The notes under the pieces were generated by a model. That model had not been told where the DNA came from and ran no database searches. It saw nothing but the letters and a program-made list of their open reading frames with translations. The position numbers were made by a program, and so were the translations under genes. DNA of 64,000 nucleotides, taken from NCBI RefSeq assembly GCF_902652985.1, contig NC_047028.1:28582001-28646000 (forward strand), in the 5' to 3' direction. The stretch comes from Pecten maximus. Taxonomy: Eukaryota. Below, in pieces: positions 38,407 to 51,936 of this stretch; the stretch's first letter is position 1, and the number at the start of each line of letters is the position of its first letter.

Positions 38407-38594
38407 ATGGCGTCCCGCGTGAGTCCACCGCAGTTGAAAACTGTTACGGGTTCGGCAACAAAGAGAAGAATGTCCAAATGGGTTAAAGATAACCCTAGAA
38501 TCACACTGGGGAAGCAGTACAGCAGATGGGAACAATTCAAGCATGAAAACAACTGCAGTAATACAGACGCTGCCTGTATTCTGCTAGATTGCTG
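38407..38594 (+). pseudogene. Kolobok transposase first exon
   Basis: MASRVSPP...RITLGKQYSRWEQFKHENNCSNTDAACILLDC resembles the recalled R.NIG....RW..L......D...A..LLD N-terminal motif; AAAATGGCG start, CGCATGCGC upstream, TG|gtaagt donor. Confidence 0.6.
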
Positions 38595-39518
38595 GTAAGT
38601 AGCTGCCGTAACAAACTTGTTAGGCCTATTATTGTCTGTATTCTAGTTCTTCGCTACTGTCACTATATAGAATCTACACATAAGTATTGGCGCCGGAATA
38701 TATGCAGAACGCGTTCAAACCAATATATATACTATCGTTATCCAACTCACCCAGATGGAATATTTCGACGTGTAAGCTATCAAGATCACGCTGGTTAGTT
38801 TGATTTTGAAAGGGGCCACCGCAGGGGTAATTTGCGGAACCTAAAACGTATTCACATAAATACGGCAACAATACTTCTTATACATGTACATGAATATAAC
38901 GCACATTGTATGCTTACATAATTATTGTAACTTGTCCCTGTATATAGCCAACTGATTTTGAACTGACAAATATAACTTATAGTGACGTTGTTATTGTGAC
39001 GTGTAAGGGGTTCGTTACCAAGTCAGGTCTTGGGATTCGAGCTATTTACTACATATTACCCTAAGTACAATATATACATACAGTGGACCCGCGATAATCC
39101 GGACGCCGATAGTCCGGAAAACTCACAGTCCGGACGGAATAGCACGGGAACGGATTTCCGTAACGTTATTTGTACTCACCAGTCCGGAAATTCGGATTCC
39201 GATTCCGGAAGCCCATTTTGGGAACGGAACGTACTTTTTATAAGTAAATTTCCCGCAATAATCCGGACAATTTTTTCACCATGAGGAGAGAAAAATGTCG
39301 GGGCAAGTCACCCGTGTCGACAGCTGTACAGACGATCGCTTGACACAGTGCGTAGTCATAGCGACCGCTGCCAGGTCATAGCCCCGGGTGTTTACCTGTG
39401 TTACAACGTACATTTAGCTCTGTTTTTATAGCAAGAATTCATGCACTAACATACAGTACGTGATACGATAATAATCAATCTCAAATACATGTAATAAATT
39501 TATGATCGGTAATTAACA

Positions 39519-42500
39519 TCAAATTCATCCCCTCGCATCCACCGAGGCTTAACCTTTGTCCTTTGCGACTGTCGAGTCACAACTGGTGGTGGAGAGACAT
39601 CTGAATCCTCCTGATCAGACACTGCATTTTCATCCAGAGCGGAATCTCTTCTTTGGGCGTCCCCATCTCCTTCCTACTCTGGTTCCGACTCTTCTTGATC
39701 CCCTGAGGTATCTCCAGCAGTGGCGTCGGCTGCAACATCTGTGGGATGGTCAGCAGCCACCAAGAGTACCTCCTCATCAGACGTCGAAGAAAAGGAAGAA
39801 CTGCTATCAGAATCTTCGTCCTTAGCAGCCCTTTTTGAACGCGTCACTGGGGGTTTTGTCCCTCGGGGCATTGGTACAGGCTGATCAAGACCGGAAATAT
39901 AGCTGATGGGAAGAAGGAGGTTCCGGTGTAAAGTCCGTACTTTTCCCTCACCATTCTCCTTCTTCACAATGTATGCTGGTATATCGGCGTTGGGTTGCCC
40001 AGTCACAATGTAGGGTTCTTCCTCCCACTTGTTGGCCAACTTATGCCTTCCATCGAAGGCAACAACTTTCACTAGCACACGGTCTCCGGTAGCAATGGTA
40101 GTTCCTCGAACTTTGGAGTCATAGTTCCTTTTCTGTTTTGACTGTGCCTTGGACACATTGGCAGAAGCCATTCATAGGCTTTCTTCAAACGCTGTCGCAG
40201 ATCTCCAACATAGGCAGTCATAGATTTCTCCTTATGGCCGAAATCTAGCCCGAAAGCAAGATCGACTGGTAAACGCGGGTTTCTCCCGAACATCAAAAAA
40301 TAAGGTGACTGTCCAGTTGACTCGTGGCGAGTGCAATTATATGCATGGATCAACGATGAGATATGTGTCTTCCAGTCCTCCTTTTGGTCGTTTTCGAGTG
40401 TCCTAAGCATACTTATCAAGGTGCGATTGAACCGTTCGCAAAGTCCATTTCCCATTGGGTGATAGGGCGTGGTGTGGGACTTCGCGACACCCGTTACTTT
40501 GCACAAGTCCTTCAGCAGCTGACTTTCGAAGTTTGGTCCTCTGTCCGAATGAATTCTTTCCGGTAAACCATAATGGACGACGAAGTTATGGAAGAAAGCA
40601 TCTACTGTCGTCTTGGCAGTGGTGTTCTTTGTTGGAATTGCTAAAGCATACTTCGTAAAGTGATCCGTAATCACGAGGACATCATTGTATCCGCCCTTGG
40701 AGGTTTCAAGGCACAAAAAGTCCATGCATACAATTTCCAGTGGTTGGTATGAACTTATGTTGACAAGTGGAGCACAACTGTTTGTCGGAGATTTTCCTAG
40801 TACGCAACGTCGACAAACCTTTATCCATTCCTCGGCATCACGCATCATCCCAACCCAGAAAAACCTGTCCTGCAGTAAGGATAGTGTCTTGTCCCGTCCG
40901 AGGTGACCCATTTTGTCGTGGACCATCGACAGCACTGTTGGAATTTGGGAGCGAGGTAAAAGCAGCTGTTTTCTCTCCTCTCCATCTACAGACCTGTATC
41001 TGTATAGCACACCATCTTCCAGCTTCATCTTGTCAAAATTGCTTCTCAAGACTGAGTGAATCCTGGAAAATGGAATCTCGTCCTTTCGTGGTTTTTTTCC
41101 TTCGCTCACCCACGGAATCCAAAAAGAAAGGTCTGGATCTTTTATCTGCTCCTCAGCAACCATCTTGGTGTCTGTCGTGAAAGGGTCATCTGTCAATGGC
41201 TGTAGTACATCAGCTGACATCGAAACACTCTCGACACAAGGTGCCTGTACTTGAAAGTTGAGAGCCTTTATGACATCACTCGGAATAAATTGCTCGTCTG
41301 GTTTCTTCAATGAAGGATGGCGTGACATCCCATCAGCATCCGAGTTATGGGCACCTGGTCGGTAGATGATATCAAAATCATAAGCGGCAAGAGCTGCTAC
41401 CCATCTCTGCGACGTGGCATCAAGTTTCGCCGATGATATAATGTAAGTTAAAGGATTGTTGTCAGTTACTGCAGTGAACCTCTGTCCGTACAGGTAATCC
41501 TTGAACTTGTCGGTAACTGCCCACTTGAGTGCAAGAAACTCAAGTTTATGCGCAGGATACCGCTGCTCAGACTTGGACAATCCTCTGCTGGCATAAGCTA
41601 TCACTTTCTTTACGCCGCTGTCTTCTTGGTAGAGTACAGCACCAAGCCCTAAAAGTGAAGCGTCTGTGTGAAGGCAAAATGGTTTCTCGAAATCTGGATA
41701 ACCGAGAACAGGAGGTTTGGTCAGGCATTTCTTCAAATATTCAAAAGCATTTTCCTGCTCCTCTCCCCAAACCCATTGGCGAACTTCCAATTTCACCTTC
41801 TTTGCTCCTTTCTTAGGTTTCCTTGTGGTAGGCATCAACATTGACAAAGGACGGGCAATCCGTGAGAAGTCCTTTATGAATCGGCGATAGTATCCCACGA
41901 ATCCTAAAAACCGTCTGACGTCCTCTGGAGTCTGTGGGCGCGGCCAGTTCACTACCTTCTCAATCTTTGATGGATCTGGTTCTATGCCGTCCTCAGAAAC
42001 AACGTGCCCAACATACTTTACCTTCCTCTTGAATAAATGGCATTTCTGTGGAGACAGCTTCATTCCATGATCCTTCAATCGCTGGAAAACTTTATCCAAG
42101 CGCTCTAGGTGTTCCTCATACGTCCGCGAAAAGACTATAATATCGTCGATGTAGACGTAGCATATCCTGGTATGAAGACCAGACAGACACTCCTCCATGA
42201 GACGCTGGTACGTGGCAGGTGCGTTTGCAAGTCCAAAAGGCATCCTGGTGTACTCATAAAACCCAAGCGGTCCCACAGTGAAGGCTGTCCGTTCCTTATG
42301 CTGCTCAAATAATTCCACTTGGTGGTAACCAGACTTCATATCCACCACAGAGAAAAATCTGTTCCCAGCTAAGGAGTCCAGGATCTCATCAACTCTAGGA
42401 AGTGCATATGCATCCTTTACTGTACGCTGATTGAGTTGACGGTAGTCTACGCAAAGTCGAAGAGACCCATCCTTCTTACGCACTAACACCACATTAGACG

Positions 42501-43653
42501 TCCATGGGGAATGGGAACGCTGTATCACTCCAGCGGCCAAGAGCTGGTGAATATGGTTCCTTACTTCTTCCAACATGGATGGTGGTATCCGTCTATGGCG
42601 CTGCTTGAAGGGAATATTATCTGTCAGTTCGATGCGATGTTTCACTAAGTTGGTCCTTCCTAAATCAATGTCTGTAGTGGCGAATATTGGTCTGAACTTC
42701 TCAAGAAGCTGGCGCCCACCTGACAACTCGCTCTCTGTAAGACCTTCTGTATGTATGTCAACCTTGTCTAGGATGTCCCCAACTTCCTCTTTGTCCCCTT
42801 CGAGCTGAGAGATATCTTCCACGGAAACCGATTGAAGTTCACACAAGATAGCTCTAGGTTGAATCTTCACAGTTCTTGTCGACATATTACTAATATGTAC
42901 CTTCAATAAGTTATTACTGAGAGGTCTGTATGGTACAATGGTAGGAGTCAAATCAAGATCTGCAGGAAGCGAGGACTTCTCTGTGGGCTGAATTAATGCA
43001 CACACTTGCGGATAATTGACTTTCTTGCTGAGACTTCCTTCAATCACAACATCAGAGTTTGGCTTTATGGTCACAGGCGTAGAGCTTGCACATCTAACAA
43101 TTGCTAACTGGTTGTTCCGTCTGGACAACTCCCTCTCTCTGATAAATATACATCTGAAAGCAAGATAGATCGGCGTTGTCAATCTGGCACACTGTAAAAA
43201 TGTTGGTCCAAAACGCTGCTCTGTCCTGTCCATGAGAACACCCAGGATATTAGTTCCTAATAATAAAGGCACATGGGCATTGTATGGAGTTGATGGAACT
43301 ATAAGAAATAAACACTTCTCTATACAAGTATCCTTCTTATCCACTCCAGTCTCTCCAAAATCAATGGTCACTTCCACAATACCTTCATATGGCAAAGACG
43401 TTCCACCAGCACATTCAATGTTCAACGTATCCTGAATAGATCTTATCTCAACATGGCTGAGATGTTCCTCATAGAATGCGCGGCTGATAGTAGAGACTGT
43501 AGAACCACTGTCCACTAATGCTGGTGTTCTTATTCCACAAATGGTGACATGAGTTTCTGTAGCTGTCCCAACAAGTTCAGGTGTTCGCTGCCTAGGGCTA
43601 GCCCTCTTTTCACCTAACGTCCGCCCTTCGACGCCGGCGTGTTGGAGTTTAAA
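39519..43653 (-). CDS. pol: Gypsy-1 Pol (protease, RT, RNase H, integrase) with a frameshift near 40172 and a stop at 39674
   Basis: ALVDSGS protease; YIDDIIVF RT; HTDAS/AYASR/TDN RNase H; HHCC (H..MGH...C..C) and D,D35E integrase. The C-terminus continues in ORF 39674-40171 and, past a TAG, to TRQSQRTKVKPRWMRGDEFDV. Confidence 0.92.
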
Positions 43654-44705
43654 GGTTGCTTGACTCCCACCTTGGCTCTGCATCCAATCGCAATATGACC
43701 TTCCCTTCCACATCTAAAGTATACTGGCTCAGCATCATCTGCAGCATCATGTTGCACCTTCATATCACCTTGTTGCGGCTGGTTCTGGTTGCGGTTCCCA
43801 CCATACTGTCTATTTCTTCCTCGGCCGAAATTCAGATTGCGCTGTTTCCCTCTGTAGATCTGGTTTCCATACTGCTGTTGACTCTTCAATGACTGCACGT
43901 CAGTGGACAACTGCTGTATCACGCCTTTCAACTGTGTCATCTCTGATTCTGAGCTGGTGGTAGGTACAGCAATAGCTGACTTCGCTGTATCTGGCTTCTT
44001 CTTGCCACTATCTGCTTGTCTACTTCTGCGATCTTCCTCCACTCTACGTATTGCCACACGCAGACGATCAAATTCATGGATCGATTCAAACAAGTGTCCA
44101 GTAGAATCCTTGAGACTTGGTCGCAATCCAGTCCAAAACATGGTCCTCAGCATAGAATCCACCTTAGTGCTCTGAACCTCTCCAGCAACTACGGCCTTGG
44201 CTAACACATCCTCCAATCTACAACTCCATGTTGATACATCCTCGTCAGATTCCTGCTTTGAGCTGTAGAACTTAGCCAAGATCAACTCCGACTGCTGTAC
44301 ATCTCCATAAACGCTGTCCATCTTCTCCAGGATAACATCAACTGAAGTATCTGGTCCCAGTCTTGCCCATACTCGAAGAGCTTCACCTCTCAATGAACTC
44401 CTGATTGCCTGTCCAACAGTCTGTGACGAGTAACCCTGCTGAGAAATAAACTTCACTTCACTTTTCCAGATATCATAGCCTACATCCTTCTTGATGTCTC
44501 CTGAGAAATTAGGCAACTTTGGAAAATGATGCTTAAAGTCTGCCAAGGAAGGTAGTGGTGGTATCTCCTTGCTTTCCTCCCCTTGACCAAAATGTCCTTC
44601 CATGAAGGCCTTAAAGTCGTCAAAGGTATCAACTTTTGGTTTCAGTTTCATGTCCTTGAAATATTTCAACAACTTCTTTGCTTCCTGTTCTGAAAGGTCT
44701 GCCAT
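43614..44705 (-). CDS. gag: Gypsy-1 Gag (PNMA-like capsid; zinc knuckle with the first Cys changed to Tyr)
   Basis: 363-aa ORF; KLPNFSG...YDIWKSEV...IRSSLRGEA...FWTGLR; YFRCGREGHIAIGC. Confidence 0.9.
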   Translation of the reverse strand: MADLSEQEAKKLLKYFKDMKLKPKVDTFDDFKAFMEGHFGQGEESKEIPPLPSLADFKHHFPKLPNFSGDIKKDVGYDIWKSEVKFISQQGYSSQTVGQAIRSSLRGEALRVWARLGPDTSVDVILEKMDSVYGDVQQSELILAKFYSSKQESDEDVSTWSCRLEDVLAKAVVAGEVQSTKVDSMLRTMFWTGLRPSLKDSTGHLFESIHEFDRLRVAIRRVEEDRRSRQADSGKKKPDTAKSAIAVPTTSSESEMTQLKGVIQQLSTDVQSLKSQQQYGNQIYRGKQRNLNFGRGRNRQYGGNRNQNQPQQGDMKVQHDAADDAEPVYFRCGREGHIAIGCRAKVGVKQPLNSNTPASKGGR

Positions 44706-46187
44706 GATGACTTGTAATCAATGACAGTATACAACACAACACACAAAAATAATAATAATAATAATAATCCGGCTACTGATTTGTAACAATCACTCAATCT
44801 ACAGTTTGGTGATGCAATTCACAATGTCCAATGTCCCCACATATTATCAATGCACAAAATAATCACAAAATATAAACACCTGAAATATAATTATGAAGCT
44901 GAAACTAAAAATATCAAGAATACAATTGTATCAAATCATGATCAATCTGCACACCCTGTGTATATATACTTACCAAATACTTACCAAAGATCGGTTCTGC
45001 CAAAGATCAGGTTATTAAATCTACACAGTATGAAATAACTTCAAATAAGTAAAGTTGTATACAAGTCTAAGTCAATAAATGTGAAAATATCTAATTGGAA
45101 ATAATTCCCAAATACTTACTTAAAAAAACAACAACTTATCAACTAGCAATTACCCGTAAAAAATCCCAAATGTCAGATGTCAAATGTCAAAGAAAATTAA
45201 TCACATGCTCACTCACAACCAGTCTGAAATGTTAATATTAATCAGTTAAGATTGAACAGGAATGGATTGAGAAAAATAAATAAATTCAGGAACTGTAACA
45301 GATGTACCTATATCAACCAAAATAAATAAATAAATAAACAAATAAATTCACTCAAAAAAAAAAAAAAATAAAATAAAGAAAATATTTGAGTAATTTCGGT
45401 ACTAGACAGATGAGCTGTAACCTGGAAATAATGGAATGACACAAAAAGCAGAAACGTGTAAAGACGTGTGCGCCGGAATTATATAAACAACAACAACAAA
45501 AAAATACACACTACACAAAGCACACAATGCGAAGGCAAATATAGCAACACCAATTAGCAAACACATGCACACACAAAAATTACAATAAGCAAATCAAAAT
45601 AATGCAACAACAAAGCAAGCAAATAAAATTAAATAGCAATAAAGCGACACCATACACACTTGACAGTCACTAAATACAATGCCACTATACAACACAGCAA
45701 GCTTAGCACGACGTCTTCTGTAAATCTACTATAAATGTTCCGTTGGTAAGTTGGTTTAAAAAGTATCTAGATATAATCCTCTTCTATAACGTAAAATATC
45801 TAGTCAACACTGCGTAATCGTTAAATGGATATCAGACTGTCATGGGTTTAGTCGTCAAACACAGTGTTTTTTCAAAATGGGAAGTGGTTTGATGAAATCA
45901 CATGGGCGCAGACATCTTGGATTATAATACTGATCACTTCAGCGTTTTAAACTATATCGTCGGTGTCTCGAAGACGCTTGAAACACATTAAGTTACGCAT
46001 GTGGAACGTACCCGTTACGTATATATACCTGTCACAATAGATAGTCACCTGGCTGGTCGTGGTTGACTGACTGCGACTACACACAAAGCAAAGCAAAACA
46101 TGTACATGGCGCGTACGACAGACGATCAGCGTAGACATCACAGTTCACAATGACACATGTATAGAAACTGGTTAAATCTTTCTGGTT

Positions 46188-46204
46188 CCTCACTGGGGGC
46201 TCCA
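46188..46204 (-). promoter_or_regulatory. Primer-binding site of Gypsy-1, probably tRNA-Thr
   Basis: TGGAGCCCCCAGTGAGG, 1 nt after the LTR; complement resembles the recalled tRNA-Thr 3' end CCTCGCTGGGGCCTCCA. Confidence 0.7.
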
Positions 46205-48359
46205 TTGAAACCGAGGGGAATATGGGTGAAAATAATAACCCAGCTCGATGTAGTTTTTCTTGGAACCAGTGATTTATTATAGTAAATCTTTTACCCTCTG
46301 TGTGGCAGAAGGCCTTTACTAATTCCCAGCTCATACAATTCTATATATTAGAATTGAGATCTCACTCACACTCTGGTCAGTCTTCGCCGTTGTCGCTCGC
46401 CTGTCTACCTATTGTCACACAAAGGTCTCGCGCGCCAACCCAACTAGCCAGTCAGATATCATATATATACTGATGTCACAGTTTTAGACTTGACCTCTAT
46501 ACTGGACATAACGTTAATATAACTTTACGCAACTAACTAAACAAATACATTCAATAAAATTCAATCCTGCCACATTAACACTTGTATTGGGTAAACACGG
46601 ATATCGGCTTGTAACACTGTTACGTGAATCGACGACTCATTGAAAGATTTACGTATTAAGCAGTGATCACAAGAACTGGGTTGATTACACACAAATTAGT
46701 TAATAGTCGTCCGATACCTCTGATCTACTTAATTAAGCGTCACATTGTTAAGTGAATAAGGGTTTAATAATTATCGGACAGCTTGGGTAGTTCTCGCTGG
46801 TGTCGCGTACTTTTAGGTAGCTAGGGGTTTCTGGTACAGCAAAGTGAGTTACGATTCACCACATTAATTAATTATTTCAGATTTTTAACTTACGAAAAAA
46901 TCATAAAAAAAAACATGGCCTGATGGTAAGTTGTACAGACCGCGGGTCTTTCATTTTAGGTTTCTAATTTACGTAAAAAACGTACATTGTACATAGCGGG
47001 TCTTTCATTTTAGGGTTTTAACTTACGGTAAAAAAACGCAAAAACATGGACTGTTTGTAAGTTGTAAAATCCGGGTCTTTTATTTAAGGTATTTAACGTT
47101 TGTAATTTCTACTTGTTTGTGAACCTCCGGGACGTGACACGTGTGTGTTGTTTGTAGGTCACATATGCCCGCTATAAATAAAACAACTTTCACTTTACAT
47201 GTTCTTTTAAAAACATAGTTTATTTTTTTAGTTTCTACAAAATAAAACAAAACAAGAATCATATCAGAAACATAAGTATATTTATTGTTAAAAAGACTGA
47301 CAATTAGACGTGTTTATGAAACGTCCCGGATTGTATATAGTCAAGGGAGATAACTCTTACACGACAATTTTTTTTGACCTGGTAGACGAAATTCGGCAGT
47401 CCGGAAAACTCGTAATCCGGACGGTTTGGGCTGGGAACGAAGGTGTTCGGATTATCGAGGGTCCACTGTATATGTGTTCTGCTATAAGGGCGTACCGCCG
47501 CCCGGGCGTACAACAATGAGTATGATTGTAATTTTCTACACTACTGACAACAGGGATTCCAAATGCCGCTACCGCGCTACTTGTCAAATCGCTGCAATAC
47601 ACACCACGCTAGAGTCTTTGCATATCTTATACCACGCATACAGCACCAGTCCGTTAGACCGCCGTTCCCACTGCTATCTGCAGCGAGCTCCTGTATGCGC
47701 ACACATATACACAACAACCCGACCGCTAGCTATTCGTCGGTCAGCCTCCCAGACTTACCTGTACACTGACCTGCCAACAGTGCACTGCCAACAGCCAACT
47801 GTCAGGCTCCTTATCACCGCTGTGATAATATAATAATATAAGTACAGTACCGTAACCCTGTCTATCCGCTAACCCCACAGTGTGTTAGTATTCCAGCCTT
47901 ATTCAGGCCCACACTGTTTTCTATGTATATGGTAATGCTATGCAATTCTATAGTATAGCGTTACTAGTGTTCCCTGATCTTCACTCGTCGAAATCAGAAT
48001 CGGAATGAAACCCGAGCAGCTCAGCTCACCTGTATTTATACTAACGAAAGTACCACGTGATTACAGATATCTATGTCTTTTACATGTTTTACTGGGACGT
48101 AACGTTGAAGCTTCTGCCCGACGAGGTCTAGTTTCGTTTTCTATTTCCCGCCAAAAGACCTACTATCGCTTTCCGTTACATTACCCACGCCTCCGGGTAT
48201 CAGTGTCCCCACATACCAATTATGAATAAGTGAAAGTTTCATTGTATAATATTTCAATAACTAACTGCAAGGACTACTTGCTCCTTAAACAACTGTCATT
48301 TGTTACTGTCACTGGATCTGAACTCCTAACTTCTTGTTGAGAATATTCTGATAAGCTGA

Positions 48360-51090
48360 CTATACTACAAAGTCGCGGTGCCAGCTCGGAGGATGTCTGC
48401 TGCAACGCGGGCGACCATGTTCTGGTCCTAGTCCCGAGTCAACGGCTGTATCGACATCAGTGTCCTCCGCTAAGTCCTGGCATTCTGGAACGGTTTTGTG
48501 TTCTGATAACTCAAGCCCGGCCTCATCTGCCTGGTGCTTTGAAGTTTCAACTTTCTCCTCGCCGCGTAGTACTTGTGACCGATGACGCCTCATACGGTCC
48601 ACATGTATAACCTGCGGCTTTCCGCGGTACCCACAAGGTATCTTGTATGTAACGTCTGTGCATTTCCCCATCACATTGAATGGTCTCTGCCACATGGACG
48701 TTAGCTTCCTAGATTTGCCTGGTTTGACTCTTGGAAAGAAGACAAAAACACTGTCATTTGGCTTGTACTGGTTCCAGTAAGCCTTTTGGTCATGGTATTT
48801 CTTCTGCCTCCTCATTTCGCCATCGGTATGCAACCTCACAAAACTATGTGCTTCTTCCATGCGTTCTTGAAGTGTCCACACCCATTCATTCTGAGGTATG
48901 GATTTGTCGTCTATTGACATCTCATATTGTATGTCGAGTGGTGTTGTTACTTCTCGCCCCAACATCAGGTAATTTGGAGTGCAACCCGTGGTTTCTTGTT
49001 CAACCGAGCGATATGCCATGGTCACGTACCGCAGCATTTCATCCCAATCTGTGTGATGTTCGTTGACAAATGCACTAAGCATTGTCACCAAGGTTTTGTT
49101 GAACCTTTCGACCATACCATCACTCTGGGGATGATACGGTGCAGTACGTGTTTTTCTTGTACCAAGGAGTTGGCACATCTCTGCAAATAACCTGCTCTCA
49201 AACTGAGCGCCCTGGTCAGAATGGATCGCGTATGGCATGCCGAACCTTGATATGACCTCCTCCACTATCAGAGTCGCAATAGTGGTTGTCTCCATCTTAG
49301 GCATTGCGAAACATTCCATCCATTTCGTATAGTAGTCACCAACTACTAGCACATGTCGGTTGGCCGTTTTCTGTTTCAGGTAAGTCAGTCAGTATGTCAA
49401 CGGCTATACGCCCCATCGGGAAGCCTGACTGGACTATTTGCATTGGCGCTCTGTTCTTCTGGATTTTTGCACCTGGTGCAAATTTCACAGCCGGCAACAT
49501 ACCTCCTAGTATCCCCTTGCAGATCGGGCCAGTAATACCCCTGCCTTATCTTACAGAGAGTCTTACGAACTCCCAAATGCCCTGCAGTTCTACCGACATG
49601 GTATTGTTGAAGTATGTCCCTTCTTTCACCAAGTGGTACTACCGCTTGTAGCGTTGTATTGGATTTGTCTCAGACCCATCTCCTGTATAAAACACCTTTA
49701 TCCAATACTAACTGATTCCATTGTGACCACAGGGATTTGATCACGAACTTCTGATTCTGGATATCCTCAAAGGATGGTTTCTTGCCATCTTTAAGCCATT
49801 CTATTACAACACACAGGTCTTTGTCGGATGCCTGTCGCTGTTGTATGACGGAAGATGTTTCTGATGACTGAGGTCCAATGCTCTTGCTGCTGACATTTAC
49901 TGCGGTATTAACTACACCCCGGGACTGTTCCTCCCAATCAGAACGATACCCACACTGCTTGCATGGCATACGGCTAAGGGCGTCAGCATTGCCATGATGG
50001 ACTCCAAGTCGATGTTCGATTCTCATGTCGTAGGTGCTCAACACTTCTAGCCATCGGGCAAGTTGGCCCTCCGGATCTTTGAAGTTAAGCAGTCACCGCA
50101 GAGAGCTATGGTCAGTGCGCACAAGGAATGCTCGACCGTACAGATAGTGTCTGAAATACCTCACGAAGTGTACTACTGCCAAAAGCTCTTTCCTTGTGAC
50201 GCAGTACCGTCTCTCGCTCTTGGTCAAAGTGCGGCTGGCGTATGCAAGGACCATTTCCTTACCATCAACACGCTGTGACAAAACGGCTCCCAGTGCATTT
50301 AAATTCTTTGTCAAAGTGTGGATCGGAGCTGTCACCAATCTGTTCTATAAGGTGGCATTCCTTGCTCCAGTCAAACGCCTTGCCCTTCTCAGTGAGCTTA
50401 TGCAAGCATTTGGCAATAACCCGCAAAGTTTTCAATAAACTGCACAGGCCCAGAAATGACCGAAGCTCCGTTGCATTTGAGGTTTCTGGCCATTTCTTCA
50501 CGATCTCTGTTTTCTTGGGGTCTGTTTCTACCCCCTTGTCGGAAATTATATGGCCAAGAAACTCAACGCGTTTGGCAAACAGATGACACTTCTTGGTTTT
50601 CAACTTTAGCCCTGCTGCCTAAAATATATCAAACACTCTCTCCAGGTTCAACAGCATCTCATTGAATGTTTTACCTAAAACAATCACATCGTCTAAATAA
50701 ACCAGACATATGTCCCATTGTAACCCGGCCAAAACAGATTCCATCAGCCTTTCAAACGTGGCTGGTGCGCAGCATAAGCCAAAAGGCATCACCCGAAATT
50801 GAAACAAGCCTTTTCTGGTGGTAAATGATGTTTTTGGTTTATCTCTAGGGTCCATTGCAACCTGCCAATAGCCCGAGCAAAGATCAATCGTAGAGAACCA
50901 ATGGCAACCAGCCACCTTATCAAGCGAGTCGTCAATCCGCGGCAGCGGATATGCTTCCTTGACAGTCACATCGTTAAGGCGACGATAGTCGACGCAGAAA
51001 CGAGTGGTTCCATCTTTCTTTTTGACCAATACAACACCAGAGGACCATGGGCTCGTTGAGTGTTCAATGACTCCCCTTTTCAACATATTA
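48360..51090 (-). pseudogene. Gypsy-2 pol remnants (RT, RNase H, integrase)
   Basis: ORFs 50619-51134, 50265-50603, 50093-50338, 49670-50044 and 48360-49352 are consecutive pol pieces in different frames. Confidence 0.9.
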
Positions 51091-51346
51091 TTTACATATT
51101 TATTTGAGATATGAAAGTTAGAATCTAATTGCATACTGTCTGTAGTGAATGAAATTGCCTGACAGTTTCAAACTGTATCAGTTACATTTGTATAATAATA
51201 AACAAGGTATTAGTTTTGTGCTAAAGCATGATGCAAAAAATTAAAAAAACAAAATAACTAGACCTGATCAATATCACATTGAGAGAGGAGGTATACCATG
51301 TTGTTTATGTTCACATCACATAATCACTGGAATCTGATCTTACAGT

Positions 51347-51913
51347 TACCCATTGTACAAGGCCCGGAACCAGTTAGCGATAATTGATTACCAGCACCAC
51401 AAGGAGAGGAATCATGCAACTGACAAAAAGGTCAACCAATGTAAGCAAACTTATCACACTTATTCTAACAAACAATTCAAACCAATCTTGTATATTTTCC
51501 AGTTATAATTTTGAAAATAGTTTACAACCTCTAAATATTGCATTGGTATTTAAAAAAAAATAATAATGATAAAATAATCTTAAGTAACCCACCAGTACAT
51601 TCATTGATGACATTATTGAAAATATTTACAGTGCAAAAACATCTGATTTTTTCTTGTCATATTCAGGTATGCACGAAAGTACTCCAAACGAAACAAGAAC
51701 TGGAGTGCTGTTCCTGTGAAAGAAAAGAAAACCTACTCCTATATTCCAGATATGATGAAGGAAAGCTTGCAACGACTGTCTGTGTATGAAGGACCACTAC
51801 CTACACGGTTTCCTCTTGAGGAGGGAGACCCACGACTAATCAAAAGGACGATAGCTGAGGTTTCCCCAGTTCCTACCAAGGAGCTTGGTGCGAGGAAAAA
51901 ATCAAGATTCTAG
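51347..51913 (+). pseudogene. Kolobok transposase C-terminal exons (about 51347-51440 and 51668-51913)
   Basis: YPLYKARNQLAIIDYQHHKER and YARKYSKRNKNWSAVPVKEKKTYSYIPDMM...DPRLIKRTIAEVSPVPTKELGARKKSRF, the recalled typical Kolobok transposase tail. Confidence 0.72.
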
Positions 51914-51936
51914 TAACAGATGACAGAAAGAACATG

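Larger units (their letters stand above)
39519..46574 (-). mobile_element. Gypsy LTR retrotransposon 1: near intact, 5' LTR 46574-46206, 3' LTR missing
   Basis: LTR TGTGGC...TTTCA with TATA-like and AATAAA motifs; PBS; 1.5-kb leader; gag and pol. Confidence 0.93.
39081..47468. mobile_element. Tc1/mariner-pogo-type non-autonomous element (about 1.3 kb of its own sequence), split by Gypsy-1
   Basis: TIRs CAGTGGACCCGCGATAATCCG / CGGATTATCGAGGGTCCACTG, TA duplication on both sides, subterminal TCCGGA repeats. Confidence 0.88.
39002..51090 (-). mobile_element. Gypsy LTR retrotransposon 2: 5'-truncated and degraded; 3' LTR = 48180-47471 plus 39080-39002, split by a MITE
   Basis: RT (SPWSSGVVLVKKKDGTTRFCVDYRRLN, YLDDVIV), RNase H (AYASRTL...TDH) and integrase (HSDQGAQFES, YHPQSDGMVERFN) fragments with frameshifts; PPT-like GGAGGCGTGGGTAA, then LTR TGTAAC...CTTACA containing TATAAATA. 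Confidence 0.85.
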
